From NCBI RefSeq assembly GCF_006345805.1, contig NW_021825336.1:1-15902 (forward strand): a stretch of 15,902 bases of DNA, written 5' to 3'. The stretch comes from Octopus sinensis (taxonomy: Eukaryota). Under the pieces are notes generated by a model. That model searched no databases, was not told the DNA's origin, and saw only the letters and a program-made list of their open reading frames with translations. The translations under genes were made by a program, and so were the position numbers. Below are positions 9,507 through 15,902 of the stretch, piece by piece (position 1 is the first letter of the stretch; each line of letters starts with the position of its first letter).

Positions 9507-10364
9507 ATGATAATGATGATGATAGTTTCTATCGGTGACGAAGGTCTAAAAAAATACAAGGATGTAATGCAAAACAAGGTACATAATTTGAGTAAAAAAG
9601 AGGCCAGGAAAAACAAACAAAAAAAGAAAGAAAAGGAAATATAACAATAAGATTTCAACAAACTTTCCCTTACAGAAGGGAGAACCATCAAGGGTGATTC
9701 AGGGATAAAACCCACAAAAAAAAAAAAGATCCAAATTACTCTACCATATATCCAAGCCATCAAATGAAATGCTTTTTCTCAGTTTTCCCCAACTCCGTAA
9801 AGCATATTCAGGGTGAACCCATTTGATACTCACTAATCTCTCCCCTTTCGTTCCACACAAAAATCAGTACCTCCTTCCCCCTCTACTCTCACCTTCCTCT
9901 TCAAGAAGTTCCATGAGTGCTTGGCCAGATTGGAAAATACCTGTCTTCAAACTTCTCAAACGAATCCACCAAGCAACGCCACAGCCACGAAAACCGAGGA
10001 AGACTGACCACCCCTTAGCTGCCAAAGGTCGATGGCACGTTGATTCGTCCTACACGTAACAGTAGCTGATCAGCACTAGCCTACATATCGCTAATACACA
10101 GACACTGAACGATAGCGTACACCTCACATATCTCAGACAGGTTATGCCCCAACCTCACTGAAGCACTGCTATGTCAAAGACTTTTGGGAGTTGTACATAA
10201 TCTTCGACTTGAAAGTCCACCGAAAGAGAGCTCAGACTATTCATGTCAACACCCTGAGTCACTCCCAGGACATCGTCGCTCATATCTTCAACAAACACGT
10301 TATTGAAATCCAAAGTTGTCTTCCTATCGATGGCATTGTCTAGCTGTTAAATTAGAGGAGCCTA

Positions 10365-10758
10365 CGGGGTGGGTCTATACAGAAGGCATCTACTTACAGG
10401 TGTCAATCTATCCAATAAGCATCTATCAAGTGTTGGTCTATTCACTAGGTATCTAACGACAGCTGTTGGTCTATCCAGAAGGCATCTGTCTACTAGTTTT
10501 GCTCTATCCAATAGGTATTTATCTACAAGTGTTGGTCTATCCTATAGACATCTATCTACAGGTGTTGGTCTATCCTATAAGTACCTATCTACAGATACCA
10601 GTCTATCATGTAGGCATGTATCTACAGGTGTTAGTCTATCCCACAGGCATCTATCTACGAATGTTGGTCTACCTACAGATGTTGGTCTATCCAATAGGCA
10701 TCTTACTGAGAGCTGTTGGTCTATCCAGACATTATCTATCGACAGTTCTTGGTCGATC
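10365..10758. repeat. 33-bp minisatellite, about 12 copies, consensus GTGTTGGTCTATCCAATAGGCATCTATCTACAG
   Basis: Units aligned by eye: mostly 33 nt, with one 30-nt, one 18-nt and one 34-nt unit. A further degenerate unit lies at about 10867-10900. Confidence 0.92.
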
Positions 10759-11849
10759 CAGTTGGAAATTTTCTACAAGTGTTTATGAATTACAGATATG
10801 TAAGCAGTACCATGGTCATACTCGATTTTTTTTTCAAAAGATAACAATCTGCATGATTATGATGAGGTGTTGGTCTATCATTAAGATTACTACAAGTTGA
10901 TGGTCTTATTCTTGTCAACCAACAGCTTTACAAGGGGCATGGTGAACCATTTCCACATTTCTGAAGAACAGAAGATTCTTGGAATATTGCAATAATACTG
11001 GGAGACAAGATACGGAGATAGATCGATAGACAGACAGATGGATATATGGACAGAGAGAGAAAGAAAGAGAGAGGATGAAAGAGCTGCAATATTTGGGTGA
11101 TATCATAATAACACGGCACAGGAAATGACTGCGGTCAAAATATGGATGTCTTCTGAATCTTAATAACACAGGAAATAAATAAATGAACGAAGAAATGATG
11201 ATGATGATGATGATAATGATTTTACAGAAAGAGAAAGTGAAAGTAAAAAAAAAAAAAAAAGAAAAGAAATTTGAATAAAATCAGGCCCTTGCCAAAGACA
11301 GTCTTTTCTGATCTGATATACTGAATCTTATAATTAAAAATAGAAGGGGCCTGAGAAAACGAAGGGGGGAAGTGATGGTGGAGGAAAGCGAATTTGCAGT
11401 GTAGTGGGTGAGGGCGATGTGGTGAGATGAAGAAAGGTTTAGGAGGAAAGAGAGCGGGAGAGAGTGAGAGAGAGAGAGAAGTAAAAATGAAGTCTGTATA
11501 AAAGATAAAGAGATATTTAACATAACAAAATGTAGAATCAATCATTTATCAAGCTAGCAATTTGCGAAAGTCATTAAGATTTATAAGCGAAGGAAATAAG
11601 GAGAAGAAGAAAGAGAACGCGGTGGTGCCAAAGTGGTGGCGATGGCGGCAACGCTACGAAGAAGATGGTGGTATGAGAGTGACACGGGAGGAAGGCGGAA
11701 AAACTTGAGAGAGAGAGAGAGAGACAACAGCGAGGTCGGTGGAGCAGAGAGAGAGAGAGAGAATCTATGTTGTCTAAATTGGCAAGGTAAGTGGGTGGAT
11801 GGGGAGACACATACAAAAATAAGAAAAAAATACTATAAAAATGCACGAC

Positions 11850-11851
<2 letters not shown>

Positions 11852-11896
<45 letters not shown>

Positions 11897-12245
11897 CCTT
11901 TCTACTAAAAAGTCACGAGGCCTGAAATTCTGGGGTTGGGAGCTAGTGGATTACATCGACCCCAGTGTTTCACTGGTACTTGATTTATCGACCCCCGAAA
12001 GGATGAAAGGCAAAGTCGACCTCGGTGGAATTTGAACTCCGAACATAAAGACAGACGAAATACCTATTACTTTACTACCCACACGGGGCTAAACACAGAG
12101 AGGACAAACGGATTAAGTCGATTATATCGACCCCAGTGTGTAACTGGTACTTAAGTTAATCGATCCCGAAAGGATGAAAGGCAAAGTCGACCTCAGCGGA
12201 ACTTGAACTCAGAACGTAATGACGGACGAAATATCGCTAAGCATT
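11852..12245 (-). mobile_element. Composite SINE family B: host 3' part with (ATT)n tail (11852-12063), head-less unit (12064-12234), short host head remnant (12235-12245)
   Basis: Two B cores in tandem joined at gacgaaatac|ctattactttactaccc. Confidence 0.85.
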
Positions 12246-12269
12246 GTGAATAGATTACCATGTGGTACA

Positions 12270-12410
12270 CAGATTGTTGTGATGCATGTGCGTGGTATAC
12301 CCTTATCAGACGGGTAGTCATGATGGGTATACTGGGCTGCGTATATTTTACCCGAGTGTCCCTTTGATGGCATGCACTGCTCTCTCAATAATAATAATAA
12401 TAATAATAAT
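12270..12410 (+). mobile_element. Probable 3' end of an unclassified retroposon terminating in (AAT)n
   Basis: Non-repetitive segment ...gatggcatgcactgctctctcAATAATAAT. Single copy in this window; it resembles repeats I recall from octopus DNA. Unverified. Confidence 0.35.
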
Positions 12411-12625
12411 ATTGTCTACTATAGGCACAAGGCCTGAAATTTTTTTTGGGGGGGGGCAGTCGATTGGATCGATTCCAGTACGCAACTGGTACTTATATTA
12501 TCGACCCTGACAGGATGAAGGGCAAAGCCGACTTCGGTGGAATTTGAACTCAGAACGCAAGGACGGACGAAATGCCGCTAAGCATTTCGTCCGGCGTGCT
12601 AACGATTCTGCCAGCTCGCCACCTT
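12386..12625 (-). mobile_element. SINE family B, full-length
   Basis: Minus strand AAGGTGGCGAGCTGGCAGAATCGTTAGCACGCCGGACGAAATGCTTAGCGGCATTTCGTCCG...GAGTTCAAATTCC...ATTTCAGGCCTTGTGCCTATAGTAGACAAT(ATT)n. Confidence 0.9.
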
Positions 12626-12789
12626 AACAACAACAACAACAACAATGATAATAACCACAATAAATAAATAACTTCCGTGGTTATGAATATAAATAATAAA
12701 ACCAATATCTTTTATTATTTAATCAGTGACTGGTTTTCTATCGGGTATTTTGGGTAGGAACGGTAATAAGGGGGTGGGGGGTAGTGGAA

Positions 12790-13445
12790 TGGCATAGTGG
12801 CGGCGGCGGTGGTGGTGTAAATGATTGAAGTGATAGTTGTTGTTGTTGGTGTAGTGGCGGGGTGGTGGTGGTGGTGGTGGTGGGTGTAGTGGCGGGGTGG
12901 GGTGGTGTGTGTAGTGGCGGGGTGGAGGTGGTGTAGTGGTGGTGGTGGTGGTGGTTGTAGTGCGGGGTGGTGGTGGTGGTGGTGGTGTGTGTGTAGTGGC
13001 GGGGTGGTGGGTAGTGGCGGGGTGGAGGTGGTGTGTGGTGGTGGTGGTGGTGGTGTAGTGGCGGGGTGGGGGTGGTGTGTGTAGTGGCGGGGTGGAGGTG
13101 GTGGGGTGTAGTGGCGGGGTGGAGGTGGTGGTGGTGTAGTGGCCGGGTGGTGGTGGTATAGTGGCGGGGTGGAGGTGGTGGTGGTGTAGCGGCGGGGTGG
13201 AGGTGGTGTAGTGGCGGGGTGGAGGGTGGAGGTGGTGGTGGTGTAGTGGCGGGGTGGTGGTGGTGGTGTAGTGGCGGGTGGGGGTGGTGGTGTGTAGTGG
13301 CGGGGTGGAGGTGGTGGTGGTGTAGTGGCGGGGTGGAGGTGGTAGTGTAGTGGCGGGGTGGAGGTGGTGGTGTAGTGGCGGGGTGGAGGTGGTGGTGGTG
13401 TAGTGGCGGGGTGGTGCTGGTGGTGGTGGTGGTGTTTGGTAGTAG
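12790..13445. repeat. G-rich variable-unit minisatellite, about 20 copies of TGTAGTGGCGGGGTGG plus (AGG/TGG)n
   Basis: Core counted about 20 times between 12850 and 13415; unit length about 20-42 nt. Confidence 0.93.
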
Positions 13446-13639
13446 TAGTAGTTAACGATACTTAATGGTAACGAATGAAACGGTGGACGAAGATGTTTTT
13501 GTTTGTTGTTTAAGCAGACATATATGTATATGATCAAAGACATGATTCCAGCCATGACCTTCTCGTCCTTTTAAGGCTTATGTCTATAGTAACCTCATCA
13601 TCAAATGTGTCCAGAAGCCAACGTATTGATGTTAGCCAC

Positions 13640-13860
13640 GACTAGTAGTAGTAGTGGTGGTGGTGGTTGTAGTAGTAGTGTTGGTAGTAATTGTAGTAGT
13701 GGTAGTGTTGGTAGTAGTAGTAGTAGTAGTAGCGGAGGATTGGGGGTGGGGAACCTCAGCAGGATGGGTAAAGTCAAATAAAAGGACATTTACGACGATT
13801 CGATACAGAAAGTTATGAGGCAAGGAAAAAAAAACAAGCGGCTGCGATTTCCAATTAATA

Positions 13861-13909
<49 letters not shown>

Positions 13910-14139
13910 TACACACACTGCATTTCTGGAGATAGAGAAGTAAAAAAAAAAACAACTATGCACAAAAACATACAAGGAGAAAAAAGAATAATGCAGAAAA
14001 AAAACCTCAAAGATAAAAAAAAAACCCCAGCTAATTTGTTGTCGATATCGTAGCATTTATTGCAGTAAAAAGAAATGACAAAGTCTTTGATAAGCAATAC
14101 CAACATAAAAACTACATATATATATGCACACACACACAC

Positions 14140-14184
<45 letters not shown>

Positions 14185-14222
14185 GTGTGAGTATATATAT
14201 ATATTGCACATATATATATATG

Positions 14223-14263
<41 letters not shown>

Positions 14264-14420
14264 GCATATATATATATATGCACACACGTATATATATGCA
14301 TACATATATATATATATATATTTGCACACACATATATATATATATATATATGTGCATATATATATATATGCATATATGTGTGTGTATACATACACACACA
14401 AACGTGTGTATACCCACACA
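13640..14420. repeat. Microsatellite cluster: (GTA/GTG)n about 13640-13735, (CT)n(CA)n about 13865-13918, (CA)n/(AT)n about 14110-14420
   Basis: Directly visible. Confidence 0.92.
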
Positions 14421-14464
14421 CATAAAAGATGTACTCTATTTTATTCTTTTACAAGAATGGTTTT

Positions 14465-14531
14465 GATACTGACTTGGAAGTTTCGGTCTACTAGCCTTCA
14501 TCAGGCCGGAACTTCGAAGTCTCTGTCAGCA
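14465..14531 (-). ncRNA. Minimal hammerhead-ribozyme-like motif (Penelope-like element type), possibly degenerate
   Basis: Minus strand CTGATGA-AGGCTAGTAGACC-GAAAC-TTCCAA-GTC. Core CUGAUGA/GAAA, a GG..CC-closed stem II, a 2-bp stem III with a near-palindromic loop and a GUC triplet are present. Stem I is not evident in cis. Confidence 0.5.
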
Positions 14532-15022
14532 CTATTGTAAAAATAGGTCTATGTATTGTGTGTAGCTACACATATAATAGACAATAGACAAAAACGCGCT
14601 TCATCAATGGCATGTCTTAACGAAACAAACAAAAAGGCAAGAGGTGTATGTCAAAAAAGTGCTCAATAGTTCATTGAAATTAAAGCTATCGGGTCTATGA
14701 CAAAGGCTATGTGCAAAAAAGAGGAGGGAAAACTTAAGAATCTCGAATATACTATCCATATCTATATATATATATATAATATATAATATATAATATATTA
14801 TATATATAATATATATAGATATATATATATATATATTATAAGCCATAGACACGCATTATGCATTGTTATAAATCCGTCGAATAAAGGCCCGAAACATATG
14901 TACCGCTGAATCCTTGCATCATGTTTTTATTTTGATATATATGATATATATATATGTAGGTCCCGGGTTGAGTCGGGGTAAACCACAGTAAATAAGGTAC
15001 TCATACATAGCAGAGTAAAGTA

Positions 15023-15141
15023 ATTTATTTTATAGAAGGAGCTTCTACGGACTAGAACTGTTCATTCATATGAAATCTTCCTGAAGATTTCATCTGAATG
15101 AAACAGTTCTAGTCTGTAGAAGCTCCTTCTATAAAATAAAT
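15023..15141. repeat. 119-nt near-perfect inverted repeat (58/59-nt arms, 2-nt spacer)
   Basis: Arms 15023-15080 and 15083-15141 differ by 2 substitutions and a 1-nt indel. Confidence 0.95.
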
Positions 15142-15160
15142 ATATATTATATATATATAG

Positions 15161-15204
<44 letters not shown>

Positions 15205-15479
15205 AAGTGAGATAGGGGTTGTGAATGTACCCACTATGGATAACATTTTATCCAATATACTGGCAGTAAAGTACACTCTTATCTACAGCTGAAACAGCTT
15301 AAGATCCATTTTATATTATATGTTTGTTCTTATGGTATTATCTTACTCATTGATGTGTACAGTTTTATTCTGTTTCATTCTCTCTGGATGCTCCTAAATA
15401 ATTAGTTAATAAATTATATGAATTGGTATTATCTAGTAGTTGATGATTGATAAAAATCTATTCCTCCATTTTCTTATTT

Positions 15480-15521
<42 letters not shown>

Positions 15522-15548
15522 ATAATGATATACGGTGAGTGATTAATA

Positions 15549-15770
15549 GACTTAATCCTTTGTCTGTCCTTGTTTTGTCCTCTCTGTGTTTAGCCCCTTG
15601 TGGGTAGTAAAGAAATAGGTATTTCGTCTGCAGTTACGTTCTGAGTTCAAATTCCGCTGAGGTCGACTCTGCCTTTCATCCTTTCAGGGTCGATATAATC
15701 GACTTAAAACGTTTGTCTGTCCCTGTTTGTCCCCTCTGTGTTTAACCCCTTGTGGGCAATAAAGAAATAA
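15549..15770 (+). mobile_element. SINE family B tail + head-less unit + tail (about 70-nt terminal direct repeats)
   Basis: Tail GACTTAA...GTGGG(T/C)A(G/A)TAAAGAAATA at 15549-15617 and 15701-15769, with junction AAAGAAATA|GGTATTTCG. Confidence 0.88.
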
Positions 15771-15902
15771 ATATATATATATATGCCTGTATGTATCTAT
15801 CACCTGTATCGATCAGACTATAGGACGTTGTTACACGTTTCCTCCAATTCTTTCTCGACTGCATCCTTCTTTTTCGGTACAGATTGACTAAATAAATCGT
15901 CT

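Noticed and set aside
10365-10758. CRISPR-like array
   Set aside because: Units are contiguous with no unique spacers, the context is eukaryotic, and there are no cas genes.
12719-13555. 278-aa Pro/His/Thr extensin-like ORF
   Set aside because: It is the translation of the C-rich strand of a minisatellite, with units drifting among phases and no non-repeat domain.
6253-14540. Numerous IY-, HT-, VC- and poly-V/L/T ORFs
   Set aside because: They are direct translations of di- and trinucleotide microsatellites.
14872-14905. CCGTCGA...CCCGAAACATATGTA, a hammerhead-like stem III with palindromic ACATATGT
   Set aside because: The CUGANGA core has two mismatches and neither stem I nor stem II pairs; at most a relic.
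1110-15770. Orientation bias of SINE-B loci (6 minus versus 1 plus)
   Set aside because: Too few loci to distinguish from chance.
15800-15902. Short minus-strand frames (…MQSRKNWRKRV…) resembling an RTE LINE C-terminus or an upstream FUT8 exon
   Set aside because: Too short, cut by the window edge, and not similar to the expected FUT8 peptide.

Overview
Repeat-dense eukaryotic genomic DNA, most likely from an octopus. This is inferred from the tRNA-derived SINE families and the extreme microsatellite load. The only supportable protein-coding host sequence is one 238-nt internal exon of alpha-1,6-fucosyltransferase (FUT8) on the minus strand (1795-2032, AG/GT-bounded). The rest of the window appears to be FUT8 intron. 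It holds about 15 pieces of three tRNA-derived SINE families (my labels A, B, C), a 5'-truncated R4/Dong-like LINE end in an (AAT)n tract, a 33-bp minisatellite, a G-rich minisatellite and many microsatellites. The other ORFs in the track look like repeat artefacts. Most notable: (1) a head-less SINE-B unit joined at the same nucleotide of SINE-B heads at three separate loci, once with a target-site-like duplication inside an older copy, which suggests a SINE-targeting element or a circular/concatemeric intermediate; (2) Penelope-type minimal hammerhead ribozyme-like motifs; (3) long inverted repeats able to form dsRNA in the FUT8 pre-mRNA. Repeat boundaries were read by eye and are approximate (about +/-10 nt).
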